Source: an uncultured Actinomycetota bacterium
Lineage (GTDB): Bacteria; Actinomycetota; Acidimicrobiia; Spongiisociales; UBA4744
Reading direction: 5' to 3'
NCBI GenBank assembly: GCA_963715305.1
Contig: CAVQSB010000007.1
Span: 123,693 to 187,692, forward strand
DNA: 64,000 bases
The position numbers and the translations under genes were made by a program. Shown here one piece after another: positions 37,284-46,739 of the stretch. The notes beneath the pieces were generated by a model that worked only from the letters and a program-made list of their open reading frames with translations, had not been told where the DNA came from and ran no database searches. The number at the start of each line of letters is the position of its first letter. Within the stretch, counting starts at the first letter, position 1.

Positions 37284-38551
37284 ATACCTTTCGTTAATCC
37301 GGCAATGTCAGATCGGTACTGCTTTCCGTCAAATCTGATGGCTTCTGCACCCGCATAGGCGATGCGGCGGGCTTCGGCGAGGGAACCGGCAGTTCCGACC
37401 ACGTTCATCACCCGGCCCCCGCTGGTTTTCAGGGTTCCGAACTGACGGGTGGTGCCGGCATGAAAGAGGGTGATACCCGCCATCGCCGCGGCCGTTGTGA
37501 CACCCCTGATCGGATCTCCCAGGCGCGGTTGTTCCGGGTAACCGTGCGCGGCCAGCACGACATCCACGGCTGCGTTATCCGACCAGGTGAGTTCCAGGCT
37601 GCCAGCATCACCATCGAGACAAGCCAGGATCGCCCCGAGCAGGTCGGTGTTGAGCAGCGGAAGTACCACCTGAGTTTCGGGGTCGCCCAGGCGGCAATTG
37701 AACTCGAGCACCCGGGGGCCCTGCTCGGTGAGGACGAGGCCCGCATACAGGAAGCCCCGGTACGGGTGTCCCTCTAATTCCATGTGCTGCAACACCGGTT
37801 TCATGACGTGATCGACCGTCCATTCGACCAGTCCGGCCGGGAGGTCATCGACCGGCGAGTAGCAACCCATGCCTCCCGTGTTGGGTCCCTGGTCGTTGTT
37901 GCCCAGGCGTTTGTAGTCACGCGCCGGTTGCAGCGGCACAGCTTCGGTGCCATCACACATCGCGAACACACTTACTTCCGGCCCGGCCAGGTAGTCCTCG
38001 ATCACGATCGTCTGCCCGGCCTCGCCGAAGGCACCTTCGAAACAGTGGTCCACCCAGCCCCGGGCTTCCTGAAGGTCGCTGGTGACGATCACCCCTTTGC
38101 CGGCCGCCAAACCGTCGGCCTTCACCACGAAAGGCCCCGGTTGTCTCTCCAGAAAGTCGAGGGCCGGGGTGCGATCAGTGAAGGTCTCGGCCCGGGCGGT
38201 TGGCACACCGGCCCCTTCCATGATCGATTTGGCGAAAGACTTCGAGGACTCCAGTCGGGCGGCAGCCCGTGACGGTCCAAAGGCTCTGACTCCCTGTGTG
38301 GTCAGAGCATCGACCACTCCCGCAGCCAGGGGTCCTTCGGGTCCAACCACCACCAGGTCGACGTCCTGCTGATGGGCGAAAGCCGCGACCGCGCCGACGT
38401 CGGTCGGCGATACTCCGTCGACGACCGCTCCAAGTTCCGCCAGACCCGGGTTGCCTGGCAGGGAGGTCAGGCTCGTGAGCAGTTCGCTTTGGGCAAGTTT
38501 CCACCCGATGGCGTGTTCGCGTCCCCCGCCACCAAGCAGGAGGACCTTCAT
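37280..38551 (-). CDS. purD: Phosphoribosylamine--glycine ligase
   Basis: MKVLLLGGGGREHAIGWKL... The ATP-grasp domain is present. Confidence 0.9.
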   Translation of the reverse strand: MKVLLLGGGGREHAIGWKLAQSELLTSLTSLPGNPGLAELGAVVDGVSPTDVGAVAAFAHQQDVDLVVVGPEGPLAAGVVDALTTQGVRAFGPSRAAARLESSKSFAKSIMEGAGVPTARAETFTDRTPALDFLERQPGPFVVKADGLAAGKGVIVTSDLQEARGWVDHCFEGAFGEAGQTIVIEDYLAGPEVSVFAMCDGTEAVPLQPARDYKRLGNNDQGPNTGGMGCYSPVDDLPAGLVEWTVDHVMKPVLQHMELEGHPYRGFLYAGLVLTEQGPRVLEFNCRLGDPETQVVLPLLNTDLLGAILACLDGDAGSLELTWSDNAAVDVVLAAHGYPEQPRLGDPIRGVTTAAAMAGITLFHAGTTRQFGTLKTSGGRVMNVVGTAGSLAEARRIAYAGAEAIRFDGKQYRSDIAGLTKGM

Positions 38552-39825
38552 GACGATCGGGTCAGGACTTGCGAGCGTTCCGGCCCGACCGACACCCAGT
38601 TGATGGGAACTCCGGTGCGTTTCTCGATGAATTCGATGTACTGCTGGGCTGTGCCGGGAAGGTCGGAGAATTTCCGCACCCCGGTTATGTCCGTCTTCCA
38701 GCCGGGGAGTTCCTCGTAGATGGGCGTGCAGTCGTAGAGAACTCGCTGCTGTCGGGGCAACTCGGTGTACGTCTCTCCGCGGGAGCTATACGCCACGGCA
38801 ACGTGCAACGTGTCGAATTCGGAGAGGATGTCGAGCTTGGTGAGGAAGATGTCGGTGAGGCTGTTGACCCGTGCTGCATAGCGCAGGGCGACGAGATCGA
38901 GCCACCCGCAGCGCCGCCGGCGCCCGGTGACCGTGCCGAACTCTCCTCCGACGGTGACCATGGTTTCGCCGATCTCGTCGGATAGCTCTGTCGGGAATGG
39001 TCCGGTGCCGACCCGGGAGATGTATGCCTTGGCGACCCCGACCACTCGATCGATCGCTTTTGGCCCAACTCCCGATCCGGTCAGTGCCCCACCGGCGGTC
39101 GGACTTGACGAGGTGACAAAAGGGTACGTCCCGTGGTCGATATCGAGCAGCGTTCCCTGGGCGCCTTCGAACAGGACCTCCTGGTTGGCCTCGATCGCCT
39201 CCCAGATCAGCAGCGACGAGTCCGTAACGAACGGGAGGAGCGTTTCTGCGTAGGTGAGATACTCGGTGGCAATCTGCTCAGCGTCCATAGGTAGCTGGTT
39301 GTAGACCCGCGTAAGCAGTTTGTTCTTGTCGGCCAGGGCTACCGCAAGCTTGTCGCGGAAGATCTTCGGGTCGAAGAGGTCCTGGATTCGGATCCCCTGC
39401 CGGGAGTATTTGTCGGTGTAGGCCGGGCCGATGCCTTTCTTCGTCGTACCGATCATCTGGCGTCCCAGATACCGTTCCATGACCGCGTCGAGCTTGCGGT
39501 GATAGGGCATGATGAGGTGGGCATTTGAGGAAATCCGCAGCCGGGACGGGTCGACGCCGCGCCCGGTCAGCATGGATATTTCGTCGAGCAGAACCTTCGG
39601 GTCTACGACGCAACCGGAGGCAATGACCGGCGTGCAGTTCGGATACATAACCCCGCTGGGGATCAACGATAGGGCGAAACGTTCCGTCCCGATGACGATG
39701 GTGTGGCCGGCGTTGTTGCCGCCCTGATAGCGCACGACCAGGTCGGCTCGTTCGGCGAAAACGTCGGTTACCTTGCCTTTTCCCTCATCGCCCCATTGGG
39801 CGCCGAGCACGATCGTGGCGGGCAT
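38548..39825 (-). CDS. purA: Adenylosuccinate synthetase
   Basis: QWGDEGKGK P-loop and GGNNAGHT are present. Confidence 0.9.
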   Translation of the reverse strand: MPATIVLGAQWGDEGKGKVTDVFAERADLVVRYQGGNNAGHTIVIGTERFALSLIPSGVMYPNCTPVIASGCVVDPKVLLDEISMLTGRGVDPSRLRISSNAHLIMPYHRKLDAVMERYLGRQMIGTTKKGIGPAYTDKYSRQGIRIQDLFDPKIFRDKLAVALADKNKLLTRVYNQLPMDAEQIATEYLTYAETLLPFVTDSSLLIWEAIEANQEVLFEGAQGTLLDIDHGTYPFVTSSSPTAGGALTGSGVGPKAIDRVVGVAKAYISRVGTGPFPTELSDEIGETMVTVGGEFGTVTGRRRRCGWLDLVALRYAARVNSLTDIFLTKLDILSEFDTLHVAVAYSSRGETYTELPRQQRVLYDCTPIYEELPGWKTDITGVRKFSDLPGTAQQYIEFIEKRTGVPINWVSVGPERSQVLTRSS

Positions 39826-39978
39826 GACTTGGCTCCTTGATGGCCGGGCCGGGTCATGGTAGTGGTGGGGGCCAGGGCTGCATCCTGCTGCTGAGGTGGC
39901 TTATCCGGGTCCCGCCTCTCAGCCATGTAGGGCTCATGGAATCACTATGCTCAGTCACCTTGAACTGGAGGGATCACC

Positions 39979-40590
39979 GTGCCGCGCATCCGCGCAGCAA
40001 ATATCGAAGAACATAAAGAACTGACCCGCGGGCAGATTCTGCAGGCCGCCCAAGAGCTCTTCCAGGCTGAGGGGTATACCGAGACGTCCCTGGGCGACGT
40101 TGCCAACCGCATCGGGATCGGCCGGACGACCTTCTACGAGTACTTCACCGATAAGGAAGATCTGTTGTGCTCACTGGTCGAGTCAACCTTGCCGGGGATC
40201 ATCAGCGACATCATCGCGAATGTGCCCAGGGATGTGGGCCCTTCAGAACAACTCTCCCACCTGGCCATCGGGATGGTCGAATTCGTTTCGACCGATGCCA
40301 TGCTGGGGCGGGTCCTCCATACCGACGCTTCGCGGCTCTCCCCGTCTGCGCAACTCCGCGTCCGGGCCACCCACCACGAATTCGCCAATGAGTTCATGCG
40401 TATCTACATGGAAGGGGTCGGCTCCGGGACGCTGCGACCCTATCCTCCCGATCTGGCCGGCCGGTTTCTGCAGGAATTGATGATGTCGGCGGCCCGCTCG
40501 TTGATTGCTCTCAAGGAACCGGCCGAGCGTTTACCCGAGGTGACCCGCAGCATGGTCGATTTCATGCTGCACGGCCTCAGCACCAGATGA
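39979..40590 (+). CDS. TetR-family transcriptional regulator
   Basis: GTG start with SD GGAGGG. It has an HTH (…TSLGDVANRIGIGRTTFYEYF…). Confidence 0.8.
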   Translation: MPRIRAANIEEHKELTRGQILQAAQELFQAEGYTETSLGDVANRIGIGRTTFYEYFTDKEDLLCSLVESTLPGIISDIIANVPRDVGPSEQLSHLAIGMVEFVSTDAMLGRVLHTDASRLSPSAQLRVRATHHEFANEFMRIYMEGVGSGTLRPYPPDLAGRFLQELMMSAARSLIALKEPAERLPEVTRSMVDFMLHGLSTR

Positions 40591-41789
40591 CCCGCCTCCT
40601 TTTCCGGGGAGGGACGGTCTTCGACGGGACCGGCGCGCCTGCGGCGCTCGCCGACGTGACTATCGAGCACGGACGGATCGTCGAGGTCGGCCCAGGACTC
40701 GACGGAGATCAGGCCATCGATTGCACCGGGTCCCACCTTCTGCCGGGCCTGTTTGATACCCACGTTCACGTCATGCTCAGCCATATCGACATGTGGCGGA
40801 TGGTTCAGACCCCCTTTTCCTATCGGTTCTTCGAGGCATCCAAGAACCTGGCGGCGACCCTTCAAGCCGGGATCACCACTGTGCGCGACGCGGGAGGAGC
40901 GGACCTTGGTGTAAAACAGGCTCTCGCCGATGGCCTTATCGCAGGTCCGCGGATGCAGATCTCGCTCATCATGCTGTCCCAGACCGGCGGACATGGTGAC
41001 GGATGGATGGCCTCCGGCGGCACCGTCGATCTCTTTCCTCCCTATCCCGGCATGCCCGAGTCGATTGTCGACGGTATCGACGACATGCGGCGCAAGGTGC
41101 GGGAGCTGGTTCGAGATGGTGCCGACGTGATCAAAGTGGCCACGTCTGGGGGGGTGCTTTCACCGCGCGATGAGCCTACCCATGCCCACTTCCGGTTAGC
41201 CGAACTGGAGGTCCTGGTCGAAGAAGCCACGGCGGCGGGCATCAGCGTGATGGCGCACGCCCAGGCGACGGTCGGTATCAAGAACGCCATTCAAGCGGGG
41301 ATCCGATCGATCGAACACGGGATCTACCTCGATGATGAAGCGATCGAGATGATGCTCGAGCGAGGCACGTTCCTGGTACCAACCCTGGTCGCTCCGACCG
41401 GGGTCCTGCGCGCCGCGGCGGCGGGCGCCCAGATCCCTGAGGCATCGCTGACAAAAGCTCGCGACGTGATCGAATCTCATCGCGATTCGTTCGGCCGGGC
41501 GGTGGCGGCCGGAGTCAAGATCGCCATGGGCACCGACACCGGGGTAACCCCCCACGGCGAGAACCTGGCGGAGTTAGCCCTCATGGTCGAAGGGGGCATG
41601 ACCCCACACGAGGCCCTGGTAGCAACCACCAGGACGGCCGCCGAGCTGATGGGACTCGACGACGAATTGGGAACCCTCGAGCCGGGCAAACGAGCCGACC
41701 TGGTGATGGTGGAGGGCGACCCCCTCGAATTCGGCGAACTCCCCGACCGCATAACCCAAGTCTGGAAAGACGGCGAGAGGGTCGTCTAG
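40587..41789 (+). CDS. Amidohydrolase-family metal-dependent hydrolase (co-operonic with TetR)
   Basis: HVHVM metal-binding motif and a TIM-barrel amidohydrolase layout. It overlaps the TetR stop by 4 nt. Confidence 0.8.
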   Translation: MTRLLFRGGTVFDGTGAPAALADVTIEHGRIVEVGPGLDGDQAIDCTGSHLLPGLFDTHVHVMLSHIDMWRMVQTPFSYRFFEASKNLAATLQAGITTVRDAGGADLGVKQALADGLIAGPRMQISLIMLSQTGGHGDGWMASGGTVDLFPPYPGMPESIVDGIDDMRRKVRELVRDGADVIKVATSGGVLSPRDEPTHAHFRLAELEVLVEEATAAGISVMAHAQATVGIKNAIQAGIRSIEHGIYLDDEAIEMMLERGTFLVPTLVAPTGVLRAAAAGAQIPEASLTKARDVIESHRDSFGRAVAAGVKIAMGTDTGVTPHGENLAELALMVEGGMTPHEALVATTRTAAELMGLDDELGTLEPGKRADLVMVEGDPLEFGELPDRITQVWKDGERVV

Positions 41790-41793
41790 AACA

Positions 41794-41850
41794 CGGTTTT
41801 GGCGTCGATCTAACACCAAGGGCGGTGGAGGATTGACGCCAAAACCCGTA
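41794..41850 (+). terminator. Long hairpin (14/15-bp stem acggttttggcgtc ... gacgccaaaacccgt, ~28-nt loop) right after amidohydrolase stop
   Basis: The arms are inverted repeats read from the sequence. Confidence 0.4.
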
Positions 41851-41963
41851 GTCGGGGCCCCGCTAGCTTTGGAGGAAGAACTATTGATGCATCTCACCGA
41901 ATCAACCGATAGTGGTGAGAGACCTATAGGGCCGGTTATCCCGGTGGTTGGTGCGGAGGTCGG

Positions 41964-43439
41964 ATGCTGGAACGTGAATTGAAGCTCAACGCGCCGCCGG
42001 ACTTCCGCTTGCCCGATCTCTCGATCGGTGGACTCGATGTGGTCAACGGATCATGGCGCTACCTCGATGCTGTCTACTACGACACGGCAGATCTGCGTCT
42101 GGCGCGCTGGGGCTGCAGTCTCAGGCACCGCACCGATGAGGGGTGGACGGTCAAGTTGCCCCCGTTGGAAGATCGGGACCTTCAGCAGCGTCCGGAAGTG
42201 AGTTTTGAGGGTCGGTGGGATCGGGTCCCGAGCGCAGCAGAAGCTCTGGTGCGCGTGTTTTCCCGTCGCTCCCCCCTTCAGCAGGTCGCCAGGCTGCGCA
42301 CCGTGCGGAAACCGGTGGTGCTGATCAACGGGTGGGGAAAAGCGGTGGCCGAGATCGTTGTTGACGATGTGTCGACGTATCGCGGTCGGGGTCCGGCCGG
42401 CCGCTTCCAGGAGATCGAGATCGAGCTGGCCGCAGGCGCCGATGAGGGTCTCCTGGGAGGGATTATTTCAGGTCTGCGCGCAGCCGGGGCCGGCTCGATA
42501 ACCCGCGTAAGCAAGCTGGGGCGGACTCTCGGGGCTGCTGCGCTCGAAGATCCCGATGTTGCGGTCAGAGAACCAGGGGTCAATCCAAGCGTCGGCGAAG
42601 TGGTCAAGTCGGCGATTGGGCGCTCGGTTCTGCGATTCATGGTTCACATGCCAGGCGTGCAATTGGGCGAAGATCCGGAGGGGCTCCACCAGGCACGGGT
42701 GGCGACCCGGCGTCTTCGCTCCGACCTTCGTACCTTTGGTCCCCTTCTCGACGAGCATTGGGTGGGGGAGCTCAGAGAAGAGCTGCGATGGATGGGTGGA
42801 GCATTGGGAACCGTACGGGACGTTGACGTGCTCACGCTGCGTCTCCAGGCGACGTCCGACAAGCTTTCCGAGGTTGACCGATACCCGATGCACGTGATGA
42901 TGACCATGCTTCATTCCGAACGTTTGAGGCGGCGCCAAGCACTGTTGGTAGTGACCAGCCAGGATCGGTATCTCGACCTCCTCGATCGTATGGTCGACGC
43001 GGCCGGTTCGCCCCGGCTCTTGCCAACCGTTGACGCGGGGCCACGAGAAGCTTTACTCGACCTCGTCAGGGCACCGTTTGAATGGCTCAAACAGACGATC
43101 ATGGAGTTGCCGGAGCAGCCTGCCGACCCGGATCTGCACCGTATCCGGATCCGGGCGAAACGGGTCCGCTACGCCGCTGAGGCGGTTGCTCCCATGGTGG
43201 GCAAGAAGGCCGTTCGGTTCGCAGGCGCGGCAGCCGCGCTCCAGGACACGCTCGGCAACCTGCAGGATGCCGCGGTCGCCCACTCCTGGCTGAGTCGAGC
43301 GGCGCAGCATCATCCCGCGGTCGCCTTCACTGCAGGTCAGCTGGCCGGACTCGAGCTGACTCGAGCAGATGTAGCCCGCACGAACTGGCAGGGGGAGTGG
43401 CAGAAACTCAATCGGGACAAGCTGCGGAGCTGGATGTGA
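41964..43439 (+). CDS. CYTH (triphosphate tunnel metalloenzyme) + CHAD domain protein
   Basis: N-terminal ERELKL... (ExExK CYTH motif). The C-terminus has CHAD helices with conserved basic Arg/His (HQARVATRRLRSDLR, HRIRIRAKRVRYAAE). Confidence 0.8.
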   Translation: MLERELKLNAPPDFRLPDLSIGGLDVVNGSWRYLDAVYYDTADLRLARWGCSLRHRTDEGWTVKLPPLEDRDLQQRPEVSFEGRWDRVPSAAEALVRVFSRRSPLQQVARLRTVRKPVVLINGWGKAVAEIVVDDVSTYRGRGPAGRFQEIEIELAAGADEGLLGGIISGLRAAGAGSITRVSKLGRTLGAAALEDPDVAVREPGVNPSVGEVVKSAIGRSVLRFMVHMPGVQLGEDPEGLHQARVATRRLRSDLRTFGPLLDEHWVGELREELRWMGGALGTVRDVDVLTLRLQATSDKLSEVDRYPMHVMMTMLHSERLRRRQALLVVTSQDRYLDLLDRMVDAAGSPRLLPTVDAGPREALLDLVRAPFEWLKQTIMELPEQPADPDLHRIRIRAKRVRYAAEAVAPMVGKKAVRFAGAAAALQDTLGNLQDAAVAHSWLSRAAQHHPAVAFTAGQLAGLELTRADVARTNWQGEWQKLNRDKLRSWM

Positions 43440-43855
43440 CCCTCGTTCGGGCAGCCGGTGGGCTGGTCAGCCGGATCGGCAAAGCAGGCGACCTCCAGGT
43501 TCTCCTGGTCCATCGTTCGCGCTACAACGACTGGAGCTTTCCCAAAGGGAAGTTGGATGACGGTGAATCTTTTGAAGACGCCGCGCGGCGAGAGGTCACT
43601 GAAGAGACCGGTCTGATCTGTCGCCTGGACGGAGAGCTGGCTCCCGTCCGTTACCTGGATTCCGCCGGCCGGCCCAAGTTCGTACGGTATTGGCACATGA
43701 TCCCGATCGAAGGGGATATCCGCGATTTTGAATACAACGCCGAGATCGATGACCTGCGGTGGGTCGGGGTGGGAGAGGCTGAGGCATTGCTGAGCTACCA
43801 GCACGACCGTGAGCTACTCAAACCTTGGCGGGATGGCCGCTTCGGGTCCGGTTAG
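43436..43855 (+). CDS. NUDIX hydrolase (GTG start overlapping CHAD stop)
   Basis: Nudix box GKLDDGESFEDAARREVTEETG is present. Confidence 0.75.
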   Translation: MTLVRAAGGLVSRIGKAGDLQVLLVHRSRYNDWSFPKGKLDDGESFEDAARREVTEETGLICRLDGELAPVRYLDSAGRPKFVRYWHMIPIEGDIRDFEYNAEIDDLRWVGVGEAEALLSYQHDRELLKPWRDGRFGSG

Positions 43856-46074
43856 TCCTTGAAGCCACCTGCCGGCGTGGCCACATCGGGCGGTTCAGGA
43901 TCGTAGGGGAGGGCAGCCGTGATCCCGTCCTCGTTGCGGGCAGAGAAGTTGCTCAGCATCCAGGCTTGAGAATCGACCAACTCCTCGTCCGGTCCCGGTT
44001 GCACCCGCGTATAGGTGCCGTCGGCATGGAGTTGTCTGGCCTGAACGTTGTCCATGAGGTGCACAAAGAGGACCGAGTCGCGAATCAGTTTCATCGGCTG
44101 GCCGCTGACCGGGAAGAACACTTCAACCCGACGATTCAGGTTACGGGGCATCAGGTCGGCACTTCCCAGCAGCATCTCCTCATCGCCCCCGTTTCGAAAG
44201 TAGAAGATCCGGGCGTGTTCGAGGAAACGTCCGACGACCGACGTGACCCGGATGGTTTCGCTCAAACCCGAAATTCCCGGTCGCAGTGCGCAGATCCCCC
44301 GCACCTGCAGGTCGATCTTCACTCCCGCTTGCGAAGCGCGGTAGAGGGCTTGAATCATCCTCTTGTCCACCAGGGCGTTCATCTTGAAGGCGAGGTATCC
44401 ATCGCCGTGGTCACGATGTCGTTGGATCTCGCGTTCGATGCGAGCGGCAAATTCCTCTCGCATGGTCGTCGGGGCGACGAGCAGCTTGCGGTAGGTCGTT
44501 TGATGGGCGTAGCCGGTCAGGACGTTGAACAACTCGGATACATCTGCGGCGATGTCCTCGTCGGAGGTGAAGAACCCGAAATCGGTGTAGATACGGGCCG
44601 TGACCGGGTTGTAGTTGCCGGTGGCCATGTGGACGTACCGACGTATGCCGGATGATTCCCGGCGCACGATCAGCAGCAATTTGCAGTGGGTCTTCAGGCC
44701 GACCAGACCGTAGACGACGTGCACCCCCGCTTTTTCGAGCTGGCGCGCCCACCCCAGGTTGTTCTCCTCGTCGAACCGGGCTTTCAGCTCGACCAGCACG
44801 GAAACCTGGCGGCCGTTCTCGCGGGCTTCCAGGAGCGCATCAACAATCGGGGAGTTGGGCCCCACCCGGTACAGGGTTTGTTTGATAGTCAGGACTTTTG
44901 GATCCCGGGCCGCCTGGCGAACCAGCTCCACGACCGGAGCGAAGCTGTCGTAGGGGTGGTACGTGAGCACATCTTGCTGGCGCATGACAGCGAACAGGTC
45001 TTTGGCTCCCCGGAACGCCGGCGGAGTCGCGGGCAGGAACGGCTCGAACTTGAGATCCGGTCGATCGACGTCCGTGAGTTCCATGAGGTCGGCGAGACCG
45101 AGCGGGCCTTCCACGGTGAAGACCTGGTAAGGCGCCAGGCGGAGGTTCTTGGCGAGAACGTTCCTCACCCACTCCGGCATGTCGTGGTCGATCTCGAGTC
45201 GGTCGGCCGATCCGAACCGCCGCATCCCTACTCCCTGCTCCACGGCAACGGATAGGTCGGCTGCTTCGTCTTCTTCGATCTCGACGTCGGCGTCCCGGGT
45301 CAAGCGAAACGGGTAGGCAGCCTGTACCTCGACCCCGGGGAACAACAAGTCGAGGTTGGCCGCGATGACCTCCTCGATCCAGACAAAAGTGTTGGAGGTT
45401 TCGACCAGGCCGAGGCTCTCGTAGGTATCGGCGCTTTCTTCGCTGGGGACTTTGAGCAATCTTGGGAAGGCCGGAGGTACCTTCAGCCGCGCAAAGCGTT
45501 CTCCCCGAACCGGGTCGTTGATCAGAACCGCCAGGTTCATGCTGAGGTTGCCGATATGGGGGAAGGGACGGCCAGGATCGAACGCCAGCGGAGTGAGGGC
45601 CGGGAAGATCTCGCGTTTGTAATGACGGCGCAACAGTTTCTTCTGTTTCCCTTTGAGCTCGTTGTAGGACAGCACGGACAGGTCGGCTTCCTGCAAGGCT
45701 TTGCTCAGGTCGCTCTGCCAGCAGTCCATCTGGGCGGCCAACTGGGGGACCAGTTCGCTGCGGAGGGCGGCGAGTTGCTCGGATGGCGTCATGCCATCGG
45801 GAGGCCCGGCCAGCACGCCCGATTCGAGCTGACGACGCAGGCCGGAAACCCGGATCATGAAGAACTCGTCCAGGTTGTTGGCGAAGATGGCCAGGAACTT
45901 CACCCGTTCCAGGACGGGATGGCGATGATCGAGAGCCTCTTCCAATACGCGACCGTTGAACTGCAACCAGCTGAGTTCACGATTGATGAACAGGGAGGCG
46001 TCCTCCAGGTCCGTCAACGGCTCGATATCGGGGTGGTTTTCAGTAACCATCATGAAAGGGTGGGAGGGCCTCAT
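43852..46074 (-). CDS. ppk: Polyphosphate kinase 1
   Basis: 740 aa. It has a PPK1 N-domain, head, and two PLD-like C domains, with a conserved His context. Confidence 0.9.
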   Translation of the reverse strand: MRPSHPFMMVTENHPDIEPLTDLEDASLFINRELSWLQFNGRVLEEALDHRHPVLERVKFLAIFANNLDEFFMIRVSGLRRQLESGVLAGPPDGMTPSEQLAALRSELVPQLAAQMDCWQSDLSKALQEADLSVLSYNELKGKQKKLLRRHYKREIFPALTPLAFDPGRPFPHIGNLSMNLAVLINDPVRGERFARLKVPPAFPRLLKVPSEESADTYESLGLVETSNTFVWIEEVIAANLDLLFPGVEVQAAYPFRLTRDADVEIEEDEAADLSVAVEQGVGMRRFGSADRLEIDHDMPEWVRNVLAKNLRLAPYQVFTVEGPLGLADLMELTDVDRPDLKFEPFLPATPPAFRGAKDLFAVMRQQDVLTYHPYDSFAPVVELVRQAARDPKVLTIKQTLYRVGPNSPIVDALLEARENGRQVSVLVELKARFDEENNLGWARQLEKAGVHVVYGLVGLKTHCKLLLIVRRESSGIRRYVHMATGNYNPVTARIYTDFGFFTSDEDIAADVSELFNVLTGYAHQTTYRKLLVAPTTMREEFAARIEREIQRHRDHGDGYLAFKMNALVDKRMIQALYRASQAGVKIDLQVRGICALRPGISGLSETIRVTSVVGRFLEHARIFYFRNGGDEEMLLGSADLMPRNLNRRVEVFFPVSGQPMKLIRDSVLFVHLMDNVQARQLHADGTYTRVQPGPDEELVDSQAWMLSNFSARNEDGITAALPYDPEPPDVATPAGGFKD

Positions 46075-46169
46075 CCCAGATATATCGGCAGGCCACTACG
46101 TTCAATATACCGTTTTCTCGGTTTGACCGACCGGTAGCATGACGGGCCGTACGTATCGGAAAGGTCTGC

Positions 46170-46673
46170 GTGAAGACGATCATCCTGTTCCGCCATGGGA
46201 AATCGGACTGGGACGCTCCCTCCGGCTCCGACCATGAACGGCCCCTGGCCGCCCGGGGCCGCACGGCGGCGGACGCCATGGGCAGGTTCCTGTCGGAAAA
46301 AGGGGAGGTCCCTGACCTGGCCATTGCCTCGAGTGCCGTGCGCGCCCGGGACACCCTCGACCGGGCGGTCCGCGCCGGGGAGTGGGCATGCGAGGTCGCA
46401 CAGCGCGATGACCTGTATCTCCCTTCTCCGTACATGCTTCTGGAGGTCCTCCAACAACAGCCCCATGCAGTCTCATCGGTGATGCTGGTCGGGCACCAAC
46501 CGGCATGGTCCGAAACCCTCTCGCTGCTGGTGGGCGGCGGCGATTTTCATTTCCCGACCGCAGCGATGGCCCGGGTCGATGTCGACTCCGAGCGATGGGC
46601 CGACGTGGATTTCGGTGTGGGTCGACTCCGCTGGATGGTGACCCCGAAGGAAGTGGCTAGCGAAGAGCGCTAG
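46170..46673 (+). CDS. Histidine phosphatase superfamily protein (SixA-like)
   Basis: RHG motif (LFRHGKSDW) and a catalytic His in LVGHQPA. Confidence 0.75.
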   Translation: MKTIILFRHGKSDWDAPSGSDHERPLAARGRTAADAMGRFLSEKGEVPDLAIASSAVRARDTLDRAVRAGEWACEVAQRDDLYLPSPYMLLEVLQQQPHAVSSVMLVGHQPAWSETLSLLVGGGDFHFPTAAMARVDVDSERWADVDFGVGRLRWMVTPKEVASEER

Positions 46674-46680
46674 CCACTTC
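46650..46680 (+). terminator. Perfect 13-bp hairpin gaagtggctagcg-aaga-cgctagccacttc overlapping the sixA-like stop codon, between convergent genes
   Basis: The stem is read directly. The stop TAG at 46671-46673 lies inside the 3' arm. Confidence 0.4.
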
Positions 46681-46739
46681 CCTGCTACCACGTGCTTGGT
46701 ATCTCGCCACGTTCTACGAAGACAAAGTACCCGGTTTCT

